DNA of 64,000 nt from Octopus sinensis (Eukaryota). Positions within the stretch are counted from its first letter, which is position 1. Each line of letters starts with the position of its first letter. The DNA lies in the NCBI RefSeq assembly GCF_006345805.1, contig NC_043007.1, positions 6,882,001-6,946,000 of the forward strand. The letters are read 5' to 3'. Of the stretch, positions 10,921-26,069 are shown piece by piece. Under the pieces are notes generated by a model, which did not search any database, had not been told where the DNA came from, and saw only the letters and a program-made list of their open reading frames with translations. A program made the position numbers and the translations under genes.

Positions 10921-12520
10921 AACGGAATACATTTGTTATTTGCGAGTTAGCTTTAGTTTTCTAACTATATTTTCCGCTGGTGTGAAGTGTATAATGAGTG
11001 GGGAATACTGTAAAATCAAATGCCGAGGGGGCCTCTTATTGTAAGGTTGAGAGATAAAGGCGCACATTGGAGGGTTGCCTTAGTGTGCTAAAAACTGGAG
11101 CTACCGTTGGTGGGCGCATTATCTAAGTCTTAGTTTTACTGTTTTTGCCTGTTTGTTTGTTATTCTTAATGTCATTGTCACAAAAGAAATATTGTGGGAA
11201 ATCGTTTTTACCAGGCGTCCAAAACCGCTGGAAGCAACGATGAAGTTATTAGAAGGTTAAGCACTTGACCAAGAAGCTTCTAAGGGAATGGACTACACAA
11301 ATAGGAGTCAAGAGGACACTCGGTTTAGTTGAGCATTTGCTACACTTATCACTCTACAGCTTCCGTATTATTTTGATCAATTGCAAACACATTTTACTCG
11401 TATTTGAATCTCCTTTTATTCCTCGTCCTGCAAAATCTGCTTCCATTTTCATACGTCTCTTCATATAATATGTGTACTCACTCTCTACATATAATTTAAT
11501 ATCCATCCCTTTATGTATGTATATGTGTAGGTTTGTATGTATGTATGTATGTATGTATGTATGTATGTATGTATGTATGTATGTATGTATGTATGTATAA
11601 AGAGAGGGAGGAGAGAGAGAGAGAGAGAGTAACACGCTCATTTAGATTCTCATCTTACCTAAATATCATAGAGGTGAGAATGAGACGATCAGCACCAGGG
11701 CGTATGGAGAGCTATTTATGTGTCTTTTTTCCCCGCCTTCCCCGAACTCCTAAAGAGCCTGAAGATTTGAGGCTACTTTGAGGATACTACTCTAACTATA
11801 TGTGATGAGAACTACTTCCGCTTGTTCACTTTCTCGTATTATACGCACATATACATACATACATGTGGATCATTGTATTTGCATGAACTTATATATAAAA
11901 ACAATTTAAGAGTAGATTAAAGGATCAGCAGAGTACATATTTTATCAATTTTTTTCAAGAAAACGTTGAGAGGGACTTCCAAGAAATGGCTAATTCCACT
12001 AACAAATGTACAACATTCCCAAAATTATTTAAAGTCACGAAGTTTAAAGTAACCCAGTTTGATGTCAGGCAGGAAGCAGAAACTTCGAAGTTACGAAGTC
12101 GCTATCAGTGTTTGTCTTCAAAATGAAAAAGAATATATATATTATTTTTTAGATATTTCAATTAACCTGAAGATTGACTGTAACCATAACTCAAATTATT
12201 AGTTGAATTAAAATTATTGTTATTCGAATTGTACAGCCATGAAACGATCGTAGTGTTTTACTCTTTATCTTTTATTAAACTTTTAATACTTTTGATATAT
12301 ATTAAATTAATATGATTAAATTAATTTTATGTATTGGCTTATGTTTTTCATTGTTTGATTTGCCTAATAGAGGTTTTATCTCTAATTTATTATATATAAT
12401 ATAATATATTTATACTATAAAATGGATTTAATCCTAAATCCGATTTTTCCATGTAAGTTGGATTTATTCCCTAATATTTTATTATTAATTTATATATAAA
12501 TATATATATATATATATATA

Positions 12521-12655
12521 GTTGAAATTTACAGAAAAACAAAAGGTGAAGGCAGGTGTATAAGACAAGTGTATTAGTTTAACGCTGGGGAAGGTTTGAA
12601 AATCATTTCGTTTCGAGCCTACAAACTTTAACAGAAATAAAACACGATGAAATAA
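12521..12655 (-). mobile_element. Penelope pseudo-LTR fragment (decayed hammerhead-like motif); a second fragment lies at 12860-12925
   Basis: Shares GGCAGGTGT..GTATTAGTTTAACGCT..CGTTTCGAGCCTAC with 49640-49790; both fragments abut (TA)n. Confidence 0.7.
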
Positions 12656-12927
12656 ATATAGGTTTGTAGAGTTAGAGGTTGGAATAACCGCCTAAGGGAT
12701 AAAAATATAAATTATACTACCGGTATAATTACCAGCCCTCGACATACATATGCAAGTACATTATTCTCATGGATTACAGGTAATGCCAAAGATAAACATG
12801 AATTCATCAGGAATCAAATATACAGCGAACAGAAAGTTTTCTGTTTACTTTGTATGTATATATGGAGACTTTACGAAAAAAACAAAAACAAAAGACGAAG
12901 ACAGGTGGTGTACAAAACAAATATATG

Positions 12928-13033
<106 letters not shown>

Positions 13034-13464
13034 ACGTGCAAGTACGACCTATACATATTTATCATTCAAATTTTCTGGAGACATTTAACATTAACTAAGG
13101 TTTGTTAAATTTCCGTCAAGCACAGTTGATATATTCATTTCTTATTTCAATGTTAGCATATATTTTTTCTGTAACCCTAACATAAATGAATTTACAATAT
13201 AGGATACAATAAGAAAGGTTCAGTATTCTGATCAGACCATCGAAAGTGGGTTAATGGGAATGGTAATATGAAGAATGAAGTGAGGTGATGAGGGGGTTAC
13301 TTTGTGATTGACTGAATGTGTAAGTCCGATTCCAACATTCCTGTGCACTAAGAAGGGAATCAATTTACCAATGTCTTTTATTACTCACTGCTATCCTGAA
13401 TCTTATTGCCTTCCAAGTATACAGTATAATTTCATTTTTTAGGTTTCCAAATGGTAAATATACT

Positions 13465-13660
13465 TCAAATTTTGGCAGTTTTAGAGGAGAATTAAGCCGA
13501 TTACATCGATCTCTGTATTCGATTGATACCCTTTTCATCAGCCCCAAACGGATGAAAAGCAAACTCGACCTCAGCGAGATTCGAAATCGGAACGTCAAAA
13601 TGGGCGAAAGGCGGTTAAGCATTTTTTGCTCGGCATGCCAACGATTCTGGCTTAGCTTTT
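13465..13660 (-). mobile_element. SINE family 2, degenerate
   Basis: Core GGATGAAAAGCAAACTCGACCTC and head TGCCAACGATTCTG match the family. Confidence 0.7.
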
Positions 13661-13771
13661 ATTGATTCGATGGCGGGGCAATGTAGATGAAATACGAAAT
13701 ATCAAAATAAAATAATGACGGTGTTCGATAAGATATACCCACACACACACACACGAAAAACACAAAAACAG

Positions 13772-13807
<36 letters not shown>

Positions 13808-16219
13808 ACACACAAACAAACAGACTTCATGAAAGTGTAATCTTGCAACGTGGTGACGCAGCCATTGATATCAGTGATTTATGGGTTTTAGCGAGGTTAA
13901 TAAAACAGGTGTTGTTCTACTGTTTCACTTCATTTTGTTTTATTTTTGTTTATTTTTCCCTATCAATACTGTTCAGCTAATTGTATATATTTTCGCTGCA
14001 AACATATTTTTCGTATTTCCATCACATATCATCGTCATAGCATTAAGAAAATGATTCCTCAAAGTGATCTTGTTTGAAGTTGTACTTTAGGATGTTATCT
14101 GTTATTTTTGGTATATCAAATAAGAAAAAGAAAACGATATGAATATCAGGCGTTAGTTAATAAAGTACTTTAAGTCTTTAGTCAGGTCACTGTTTTCTAA
14201 CTCATTATCGTTAATTTTTATTTTAGTTAATTAATTCATTCTCGATGACTTAGCAAAAGAGACGGTTGTTTTTATGAAGCAGATAATGAGCAAACTCAAA
14301 GTTTAAAAACTATTACTTAATGTGACTCTAACCTTTGTCAAACTGCGTAGTAATTCAGTTTATTCATTAATGTTTTGATGTGAAAGTGTGTGGAAAGAAA
14401 CATGTACTCGTATGTAACTGTGTGGAAATATGGACGCTGTTGCTTATATTTGTGGGAATATAAACGTGGGTTTAATAGTGTATTTCTAATATGTTTCCCC
14501 CACCCGCTCTTTTCGTTTTTACTCCTAATAATCTAATCTGCCATCGTAACTATCCACATGCATGCTTCGATCCATTTTCTTACCCATGCCCATCCACCCC
14601 AAAATATTTCATTATTCTTTATTGTTAGAACTGTGTGGATTATTTATTCTGTCCTTCCTACAACATCCATGAGCCCTATACATCCACTCAGTGGCATTAA
14701 TCTGCAACTTTACATGTTTGGCTACATGTGGTTATTTGAGCTGTCCAACTTTTTGAACCTTCTTATTCACCTCATCTCTTTTGGTTTCTTATTCTTCTTG
14801 CTTAGCCATCTCTTTATCAATTCCACCTTTCAGCTTTATTTTTCTCTCTTCTTTTCACTGACACCTGACCAACAAGGGAAATGGACTGTTATATTCTACT
14901 ATACAAACAGTAAATAAACTTACCCATTCTTTCCCAGACACAGGTGAGCATCATTTTCCGGAAAATTCCAAGAAGTTATTTAGAAATTAATTACCTACCA
15001 AATAATATACTTAAAAAGAACATTACGATTTCCCAAAATCTTTTTTTATTTTTATGTAATTTAGAATATAAGGGTAGAAGATTATAATTCATTCTTAATA
15101 GAGTTCAATTTACCGATAGTTTCCAGAATGCTGAAGTAGCCAAATTACGGACAAAATAATTTCATTATCAAATACATTCGTTCTTTCAATATTTGGATTA
15201 TAATCGAACACTTTCATTCTTTAAACATAAACATATGCAGCAATCAAAAATTAAACGGTATACAATATGAGTTATTTTGTTAACTCCTTGAAAAAGGAAA
15301 TGCAGTGGAATTGGTGCAGAGACACAGAATGAGAGTAGTTGGACATTTCTAAACGTTCTTGGTTCTATTAGGGAATAATTTTGCCTTCGTAATTAAAAGT
15401 TAATAGATTTCTTTTTACAATGAAAAACCTCTTTGTTTTAAAATTCATTGATTTACTGAATTCTCTGTAAATTATTTCAAAATTAATTGTAATGAGGTAA
15501 AAATAACAATCAACACACCCGTTTTTATATCTATGTACTTATAGGCAAAAAAAAACTATGGTTAGTAAGTAAACTATTTAAGTAAAGAAAGTGCTCCAGA
15601 ATGGTTTTCTTCTTCATTTTTTATTTTCTCATAACTAATTTGGTTTGCTAAATCACCAAACTTTAAGGAAAGATATAGATAGTAGCTCAGTCGGGAAGTT
15701 TTGTAGAGTATGGGTTGTTAAATTTGGCGAAGTGCAACACTGTGTATAGGTATTTAAATATCCTCATGATTATAGTTTGCGAATCCATAAAAACGAAATA
15801 ATTTCACTTGTGCATTATGTGGGGAAGTCTATTGCTTGGATCTTCGTCAAAGGGAAGGGAAGATGTAAATATTAGATTTGTATACTAACGTGATATCCAA
15901 AGACTTTTGAAGAACTTGTGTACGAATATGGATATTACAATATGTTGGGAGATTGAATGAAGCTATTTAAGGCTAAAGTAATACATCAAAAGATCTTCAA
16001 AAGGTCACATCGCACATTCCTAGTAAACTTCGTTCTGATCCTCCAGCATACATACTTGATGCACTCATAACGTATAGCTGTTTTCGTAAATCCATTGCAA
16101 GAACTTCATACACACACACACACACACTTGTATATAAGCAAATATATACGCACAAAATAATTCTAGACACACATATATATACATGTATGTATTCACATAT
16201 ATATACGTGCACAAAATAT

Positions 16220-16284
<65 letters not shown>

Positions 16285-16768
16285 ATACATATCCGCATAC
16301 ATTCATTCTTATTTGGTTGTATATCTGAACATATGTATATCGTATGGATATGCATTTACATTTATATGGGTGAATGCGCGTGCTTCTCTGTGTGTGTGTG
16401 TGTGTATAAAGTTAAGTTACCTTTTCTTTTTATGTTCAGTTATAAAAGAAACAATTTTACTTTAATCTGCTGAGTTACTCTTTGCTTTTGTTGTGTACAA
16501 ACATATTCTTAAACAAAGATGCTATTGATAGTGACTTCGAATTTTCGGCCATTTGAACCATATCAATTCGTAAATGTGGATGTGTGCTTTAATTTATAAT
16601 ATAATACGTTTTCCTTTTCTTTTTTTCTTTTTTTTTGTGCAGTATTATATACGTTTCAATACCTAACCGAAAAATTGTTCCTTTTCGGGTCGTCTAAACC
16701 TGTCAGAAGTGGTCACGGTACATTCCGCAATCCCAACACTTCCATTTCCAAAAGAAATAAATACGTTT

Positions 16769-16827
<59 letters not shown>

Positions 16828-17272
16828 TAATAAGAGATGGTCATGCTTGGAATGACTTTGATCATAGGTTTGTTAGATCAAGGTTGTCTGGGAATTAAAC
16901 AAAGACCAAGAACAATGAGTGGACGCCGAAATATCATAACAACAATTTGATGTGACCTTCTCTCTACATATAACTTCTATCCTTCTACATACGTAATAGT
17001 GTTTTCTATACTTGGTGGAGTGGAATATATTAAAGCAAGTGCTCTTATGTTGGGCTTCGTTCACCTGAATTGATTGTGTCGCTTGTTTCTCAATATAAAA
17101 ATAAAAACAACATTAATAAACAATTACAACAGCAACAACAACAATAGCAAAAACGACATTGGCAAATATACAAAACGTAAAGTAGAAATAGATTAAATTT
17201 TATACTGATATTATAACGGTAGGGTGTTGATCCATATACACAAAGTGAAAGGGATGGAAAGAGAGAGGAAGT

Positions 17273-17306
<34 letters not shown>

Positions 17307-17599
17307 AAAGAGAGTATACGTGATACTGTGTATGAGGCAGAGAACGATAGCCAGGCAAAAAGTCAGGCAAAGAAAGAAACAAAATGACATCTTTATTTCC
17401 AAAATCTCTCTTCTTTTTTTTTTATATACTTTTTTTTTATGCCTTCCAGATTCCATTCTGCATCAGTTGTCATTCCTAACAACCGTTTTTCAAAGTCTCC
17501 CTTCTTCCTTCTCGTATCTTCTACAAGCATGAAAGAGTAGCAATTAGTAGCAAATACCTTTCCTTTACTATAGCCATACTACAGTTCCGATCTCACTGA

Positions 17600-17917
17600 A
17601 TCGTAGAACCGACACCAACCTATACTATCTACAAGTAGAGCTGTTGCTGACACTGCTGCTGCTGCTGCGGCCGCTTCTACTCTTGTTGGTGCATGTAGTG
17701 TTGTTGCCTCTAATGCTGCTGATAATTTTCCTCTTGTTCTTACCTCTGCTGCTGCTGCTCGTGCTGCTGTTGTTGTTGTTGTTGCTGATGCCGCCTCTAA
17801 TAACTGCTGTTTGTTTGTCTTGTTGCTGTTGTGGCGCAAATCTTAATTATAGTTGCAGACTTATAATTTAAATTATTATTATTATTATTAATATCATTAT
17901 TATTATTATTATTATTA

Positions 17918-17948
<31 letters not shown>

Positions 17949-18960
17949 TAAGTTTTCCTATCATTGCTACGGTTGTGTTGCTGGTTGTTGTTGTCCCTTT
18001 TCCTCTTCGTCTTTGTTGTTTTAAAGTGTTCCGCTATCGACTTCTTTCTACAATAATTGCACCTACTTCGTTACTCTTCTCCGTGTCTTTTTATTTTTTT
18101 TTTGTCATTTTCCTATTATGTTTAAGGTATTTGTTATTGTAGCATATTAACTTCTTCACACACTTCCACCTTCTCTCTCTCTCTCTCTCTCTTTCATTCT
18201 CTCTCTTTCTTTTTCCTTATACAATATATATAATGCTTTATTAATATATTTGTTTCTTTCCTTTCAAATCAGTCCTCTCGTTCGTTGCTAGCATTACAAC
18301 TGTTATCACTTATATACTGTTGTTGCTGTTGTAGTTGGTGCTGCTGCTGCTGCTGTTGCCGCTGCTGCTGCTGTTGTTGTTATACTATTAGCCTTTGCTG
18401 CTGCTTTTGTTGCTGCTGTCGCACTTACAATAGTTGTTTCTAGTAGACTTTTTGTCCTTCTTGTAATTGTTATCAGTTGTTGCTGTTGTTTCGTTTGCTC
18501 GCTGCCATCACCATTATTATTATTAGTAGTATTAGTATTGTTATTATCGTTGTTGTTGTTGTTGCCGTTGCTCACCTTGTTAGTGTTGTTAGTGTTACTA
18601 CTGCTGCAAGTGCTGCCGCTGCTGCTGTTGCTGCTGCCTCAGACGCCGCATCTCCTATCTTACAAGCGCCGCTTCCGTAAAGAAAGATCACCAAAGAACG
18701 GATGGCAAAGGAGATAGTGATTGCATGTGAGTGGAAGGTGGAGAGCCGACACAAGGGGAAGAGAAGATAAAGGAAAGAGGGGAGAGAAAAAAAAGTTCAC
18801 AGTGGTGGTTTTGATGGTTTCCTAAATGCTGTGGATTCCTGGGCAACAGGTTCTCCACTTGACGTTCTTTCTATTATCGTCATCGTCATCGTCATCGTCA
18901 TCGTCGTGGTCGTGGTCGTGGTCGTCGTCATCGTCGTGGTAGTTCTGTTTTGTTGTTTTA
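17600..18960. repeat. Cryptic trinucleotide low-complexity DNA ((CTG), (GTT), (ATT), (GTC) mixtures)
   Basis: Direct reading; gives poly-Ala/Thr/Val/Leu ORFs on both strands. Confidence 0.85.
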
Positions 18961-19109
18961 TTACTTTTGTAGTGTGTGTGGATTTAGGCGCCGAAAACAA
19001 GATCCTTTACCTACCGGATAAAACAAGCAGGCAGGTAAGCAAAACGATAAAATATACAACTATGTATATGTGCATGTATGCATGTATGTATCCATGTAGC
19101 AGTGCGTGC

Positions 19110-19171
<62 letters not shown>

Positions 19172-19303
19172 GTATAAACGTGTGTGCCTCTGTATGTGTA
19201 TATGTACACATACATATATATATATATTTTTCCGTGTTAATTGTTAACAAGGTAAAAATACACTTATCTATATATATATATATTATATATATATATATTA
19301 TAT

Positions 19304-19338
<35 letters not shown>

Positions 19339-19471
19339 AATATATATATATATATGTATAAACGTGTGTGCCTCTGTATGTGTATATGTACACATACATA
19401 TATATATATATTTTTCCGTGTTAATTGTTAACAAGGTAAAAATACACTTATCTATATATATATATATAATA

Positions 19472-19511
<40 letters not shown>

Positions 19512-19565
19512 ATATATATATATATAAATATATATATATATATTATATATATATATATATAATAT

Positions 19566-19610
<45 letters not shown>

Positions 19611-19896
19611 TATATATATATATATATATGACTATATATATATATAAGACTTTATATGTTAAGATGTTTAAATGTTCGAAGTCACTGCCAACAACATAAT
19701 AATAGATTTGTACTCAATAAAAGTACAGAATAACCATTCAGATTAATGTGAAAAATGATTTTATTATAACTGAACATAAAAATAAACACTCACACACACA
19801 CATACATAACCATGAATATTATATATGTACAAATATATAAAGGCACACAAACTCACATACACACATACACACACATATATATATATATACACAGAC

Positions 19897-19927
<31 letters not shown>

Positions 19928-21402
19928 CATACATACAGACATGCATGAGTGGAGGTGTGTATATATATATATATATATAGTCCCTTTTTTAGTGTATAGG
20001 ATGGGAGCGTTCTCCATGTTTATTTTAACTTCACACGCATATCAAATAATTATTGTTGTTGCAGTGGTTGATTCTAAAAATAATTGTGTTGATATTCTTG
20101 AGTAAGAATTTACACGGAATCTGATATTACAGTTTATGTGCCGAGTTTGTTGCGACGAAGTTAATAGAATTGTTGATTTCCAGCGCTGTGAGAAGAGGGG
20201 GGGTGTCGGTGACGGAATTAAAGGTGCAATAAAACAGATATTGTGGAACTTACATTATAGACAAATCATGTATATATATATATATCCACACACACACACA
20301 CACACATATATATATACATGTGTATGTGTGAGTATGCTCGTGAATGTGTGCCTACGTGTGTGTGTACTTGTGTATGTAAATATATATATATATATATGTG
20401 TGTGTGTGTATGTATGTATGTACATGCATACACATATATGATTATATAAATAAAAGCATCTGTATCAATCCGTACATGCATAACGATATATTTATATACG
20501 CATGCATGTGTATATGCATATATGAATATATAATGATTGAAAGAGAGAGTGATAAACTTCTATACATATATACTTTAACACATGTATGTGTATGTAAATA
20601 CACACACACACACACACACATATAATATATTATATATATATAATATATTATATATATATATATATATATAAACATATACATATACACACACACACACATG
20701 TTAAGGTATATATGCATAGAAGTTTATCCCTCTCTCTCTCTCTCTCACTCATTCTCCTCTTGTATAATTATGAAACACATATATGCACCCACGCAATAAG
20801 CATATGTGTATGTGCGTTTGTGTGTATGTGTGTATGTGCATGTGTGCGTGTGTGTGTGTGTGTATTTAAATGCATACTTTTATATGAGCCTGTTTTTGTT
20901 TTTTTCATAACTCTACATCTCAAGTGTGTTTAGTAAAAAGATTAACTTCTGTTCGTTTGTGTCTGATTCTATTCTTTGCCTTAGAATAATGAGCACCACT
21001 GATTAACGCGACTCCCAAAGCACATGTCGCTCATCGACGTATCACATCAAAACAAGTCTCTTAATAACAGATTCCACTGGACTTTTAATATCATATTTTG
21101 TTATTATGCTACGCATGCATGCAATCGACACCTTTATATATGTATGTGTGAGTATGAGGAGCTATGTATGTATGTGTGTGTATGGGTGAGTGGACAAAAG
21201 AAAGGAAAGGGCACTCAACATATTTAATTGGAGGAGCATGTATTGTCTAATTTGATTCGGTTCCGTGTTACTTCAAGTTTCGCTGACCCCTAATGGGAGC
21301 CTGATTCCTTCAGTCTTCTGGGAGGGTCGAATATACATGTACACGTACATACATACATTTAATCAGGTATTGAGGATCAACTATATAGGTATATGTATAT
21401 AG

Positions 21403-21465
<63 letters not shown>

Positions 21466-22364
21466 CATACATACATACATACATACATACATACATACAT
21501 ACATACATACATACATACATACATACATACATGCAAAGACACATACTTGCGAGTATATATATATATATACATATATGTGTGTGTGTGTGTGAGAGAGAGA
21601 GAGAGTATTTATACATGTATGTGTACAGTAGGGTTCGATACTTGTGCACTTGTGTCTCAAATTAAACTGAATATCATTAATTACTTCAAATGAAATACTT
21701 ATAGAGGAGTTCAGGGTTCACGACATTTTACTCACAGTTTCGTTACACGATGTGAGAACTGCTATCTGCCAAGTTAGGTCAAGCACAAATTTCCTTGCAA
21801 TTATTCACACAAACATAAACTTTTATGTAACAATATTACATATATATATATGTGTGTGTTTGTGCGTATCTATAATATATATATATATTATAGATATATA
21901 ATTGTGTAAATATGTATATATGCATATACATGTATATATATATACTTAGTTGTGTGTTCGTAAAACGCATTCAGATTTATTGTAATTATACTATATAGAT
22001 ACACGAATGAATACATACACACGCACACACACACACACACATACAAACACACACACACATATATATGCAGCCGCACACATATGTATTGTTATTGTGGCTC
22101 TAAATCATAGGATCATATATATTTCCATTGTTCTTTTCCTTTCTCTCTCTTCTTTCGATGCCTGGATATCTTTCTTCCAATGTTGCACTTTATGTTGTAT
22201 ATTCCGTCAATTCATAAAGGTTATTCACCTTCATATATAACTATAAATGTGCGTGTGTGTTTTTGAGTGTGTGTGTGTTTGTGTGTGTTTGTGTATCCAT
22301 TCTTCCAATGTAGCCTTTATATACCAGTTATACACACTGCTACACCCACGCAAGTGCTATATAT

Positions 22365-22395
<31 letters not shown>

Positions 22396-22438
22396 TATAT
22401 ATGCATATATATATATATATATATTGCATATATATTGC

Positions 22439-22484
<46 letters not shown>

Positions 22485-22602
22485 CATATATATATATATA
22501 TGCACACACATACACACATACACACACGTATATGTATATGTATCTATATACATATATGTCTATATAGATATACATATATATATATAATAAACATATATAT
22601 GC

Positions 22603-22648
<46 letters not shown>

Positions 22649-22994
22649 AATCCAAACGGGAAACAAAAAAACAACAACAATGGAACAATTACAGTATTAT
22701 TATTAATAGGCGCTCAGGAAAAGGAAGCAATACATACATATATATATGCTATTTTATTTCTATCTCTCTGTATCTATCAATATATATATATTTGTTGAAT
22801 TATATTGCAGCCAAATATCCACACATGCACACATGCACCAGTATACAGGAATGTATGTGTATCAATCTAGCGATCTATCTATATAATTCTAAATATATAT
22901 ATATATTTATGTATACTCACATACATTCATGTGTGTACGAGTATGTGTATATCGATGAAGAGTGGGTCGGTCATTCTTATATTTCATACAAACT

Positions 22995-23198
22995 GTTGCT
23001 GAGTTCTTGACTTTAAGGGTATCGTCAAAGACCTGGTTGGTGTCCCGACTTGCCAAGTTCTTTTATAGGGCTTAGAAAAACAAACTGACGGACCACTGCC
23101 ACAAGTTTCTTAATTGGAGAGGGTAATTCGTTGAATATCATAAGTAACTGATCCTCTGCTATTCTTTTACCGAAAGCCAGGAACTTTTCAGCACACGA
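22995..23198. mobile_element. About 205-bp Tc1/mariner-like MITE
   Basis: Imperfect terminal inverted repeats: left GTTGCTGA---GTTCTTGACTTT versus the reverse complement of the right end, GTGCTGAAAAGTTCCTGGCTTT; no coding capacity. Superfamily assignment is by resemblance. Confidence 0.6.
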
Positions 23199-23278
23199 CA
23201 GTGTGAATGCATCTACACATATATATATATATATTTCGTTTTGGGATTTGGTTTGCAAGATTCTGACTCTCCCCAGAC

Positions 23279-23394
<116 letters not shown>

Positions 23395-25509
23395 AATACA
23401 TATATTGAAAGATTAATACGGAAGACTGAGTGTAACTATATGCATTTATCTCTCAGACAGACAGACAGATCCATACACACATACATACACGTATCTGTTG
23501 TTTGTGCGTGTATCTGTTGTCTATTTCTCTATGATTTTTGGTGTTCCTCCCTTTAGCATGGAATCCACGAAGACCCTGTTCTTGCTCTGGTGATTTTGTC
23601 GTTTTGCCACAAATAATCTTTAATGTGCAGATTCTTGCTGTGGAGTCATGCCCAAAATGTCCTCATCACAAGCATTGTCTATCTAGAAGTTTCTTATTTA
23701 TTGTGCCCTTTATTCAATTGAAATATATGGCGAAATTAGATCCTATATTGCGACAACTAAAACGCTATTTCAATTTCTATTGATATTAATTTCAAGTTTA
23801 ACTTTATGCCACGGCTTCTCCTAATTAAGCATTTTTCAACGAAAGTCATTTGTCATTTCTGTTCGGACAAACAAAATCACTTTTCATTTTTTCGTAGTTT
23901 TATCGTCGTCGTCGTCGTCGTCATCATTATCATTAGCATCATCAACATAATGAATGTAATCCTAATATATTCCTGGTCATCATCACTATCATTATCTTCT
24001 CCGTACTCATAATTTTGTCATCATCATAACCATCATTTTCCGTATGTTAGCAGTATCATCATCATCAGCAGCAGCATCATCGTCACCACCATCGTCGTTA
24101 GCATTCTAATCTTTTTCTTCTTCCTCCACCTCTTCCTTTTCTTAATCCTTTTCATCTTTTCTGCTTTTTGTTCTTTTTCGTTCCCTTCTCTTTCTTCGTC
24201 CACTTTTTTCTTCATCCCTTTTTGTCTCCTTCCCCTTTTTTTCTTTTCATCCTTATTGTCCCCTTCTGTTCTCCTTCTTACATATTTATTGTATTCTATG
24301 GACGCCAAATTTTGTAAGAAATTTTCCGCCTTTGATGCGTTACTATAACGAGATCACCTCATTTCCAGACTTGAAAGCCTTCTTCTATATTTCATTCTCT
24401 CACCATTCCATATTTCTTATCTTAGGAAAAAAATTTCTACTTCCAATTAGAAGAAAAAGAATAAAATAACGCTAAAACAAATACAAACAATATACTTCGA
24501 AGCTTTAGAATTTGAACAATGTAGAACATTATCAATAACTCGTGGACATCAGCTCTTTTCGAAGCGCTAGGCCAATCAGTTGCGATATACTTTCACTTTA
24601 TATTTCCCAAGAAAACTTTGACCATATAAGAAATTAATAAGAGAAAGGAGGTCTTTTTTTTTTGTTCTCTTAATATTCATGGCGTTCTGCAATGCCATAT
24701 GTGTATCAATAAAATGGCTGACGTCAACAGGCTTCGAAACCCTGCCTCCATATCAAAACCTCAGCTGTTAAAACTTGCTTTATTCCTGTCAGAAAATTAT
24801 TTTTCAAACTGGGCACAATAAACTGGGGAAAAAATGTTTTACAAGAGGAGAAATGCATGATGTTATGCTAATGTTTTTCCATAGTTTATTAAAAGTGAAA
24901 GTAAATAATTTTACCTCATTATTCACTTCGATTATAAAATTAATGCATAATGAATTTATATTAGGTTACAATGTTTATGAGAGGATACAATCAATTAATT
25001 CCTGGATCAAAAATTTGTTTAGAATTTTGTTCGATACTCTATCATTTCGACCACTCCAGGTTCTACTCCATCACGTCCCCTAAGATATTAAATTCCTGGC
25101 GCAGAGCTCGAAAACTTAAATTCGGCAGATGAGTGTAATCGATTGTTTTGTCTCCTGTGATTAAATGGTTCCATATTTCATCGATCTCATTACAAAGAAA
25201 GTTCAATGTAATTTTGACAGAATTTGAACTCAGCACTTAAAGATCTGGAAGAAATTCTATAAATCCCACCCTTTAACCTCCACTTAGATATTGCATTATA
25301 TTTTAGACGTGAATCTTAAGCAAAAGCTCCGTCTTATTAATATCATGCGACCTATCGTCCAGGGATTTCTTCACGAGTTGATTGAAATAGATTGTAATTA
25401 AATTTGGTAACACGGGGGGGGGCAATCTTTGGCAAAGCTATTAGTTAACGTGTCACATTTATGGTGTGAAGACGAGTCGATGCACAACGTGTAACATATT
25501 GCTTCTTCT

Positions 25510-25760
25510 AAGGCCGATCAAGATGGAGGAAACCTATGAAGAAGAACATTGTTTCTGATGAGACCGCCTTGTTTTCTATCAGACGACAAATGGAAGACAA
25601 CAATCTCTAATGTTTCATTCGCGCAACATTCGTTACTTTAAAGACAAGAGCAAAAGAAGATGTTTTAGAGAGATTTCACTGATTTTTCGAGTAGATGGCC
25701 CTGGTAGACATGTTGATGTATGAATGCCAGTGTGTGTGAGAAAAGAAGAGGAAAATCCTT
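25510..25760 (+). pseudogene. Possible fossil pogo/Tigger-like DDE_1 transposase fragment
   Basis: Ordered motifs across frames: NIVSDETALF, KSKRRCFRE, MNASVCEK, resembling N.DETALF, GKSK.PRCF and WMT..F.EW; heavily frameshifted. Confidence 0.33.
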
Positions 25761-26069
25761 TCTTCGTTGAATAGAAGGGGTGTATCATTGATACATACGT
25801 TACACCCAAAACATGCATTATAAGTGAACAGATTTCATCTGTCAACAAATTTGAATCCAAACAAAAGCAAAATAAATTTTATGTATTTACTTGTTATTTA
25901 GGCTGTTTGCTTACAGGTCACACGTCCTTCTAATAAATGTTTCATTTCTTGTCGAGTTTATCACATACATTTAGGCATATATTTTGTGCGTAGTTAAGCA
26001 CACACAGGCATAGAAACACGTGTGTGTGTATATATATATGTGTGTGTGTGTGTGTGCATGTGTGTGCAT

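Noticed and set aside
15960-16110. Stop-free stretches on both strands next to a (CA)n tract
   Set aside because: No recognisable protein motif or convincing splice boundaries.
23555-23600. MESTKTLFLL as a signal-peptide first exon
   Set aside because: In-frame TGA follows immediately and the only possible donor (GTGATT) is weak.
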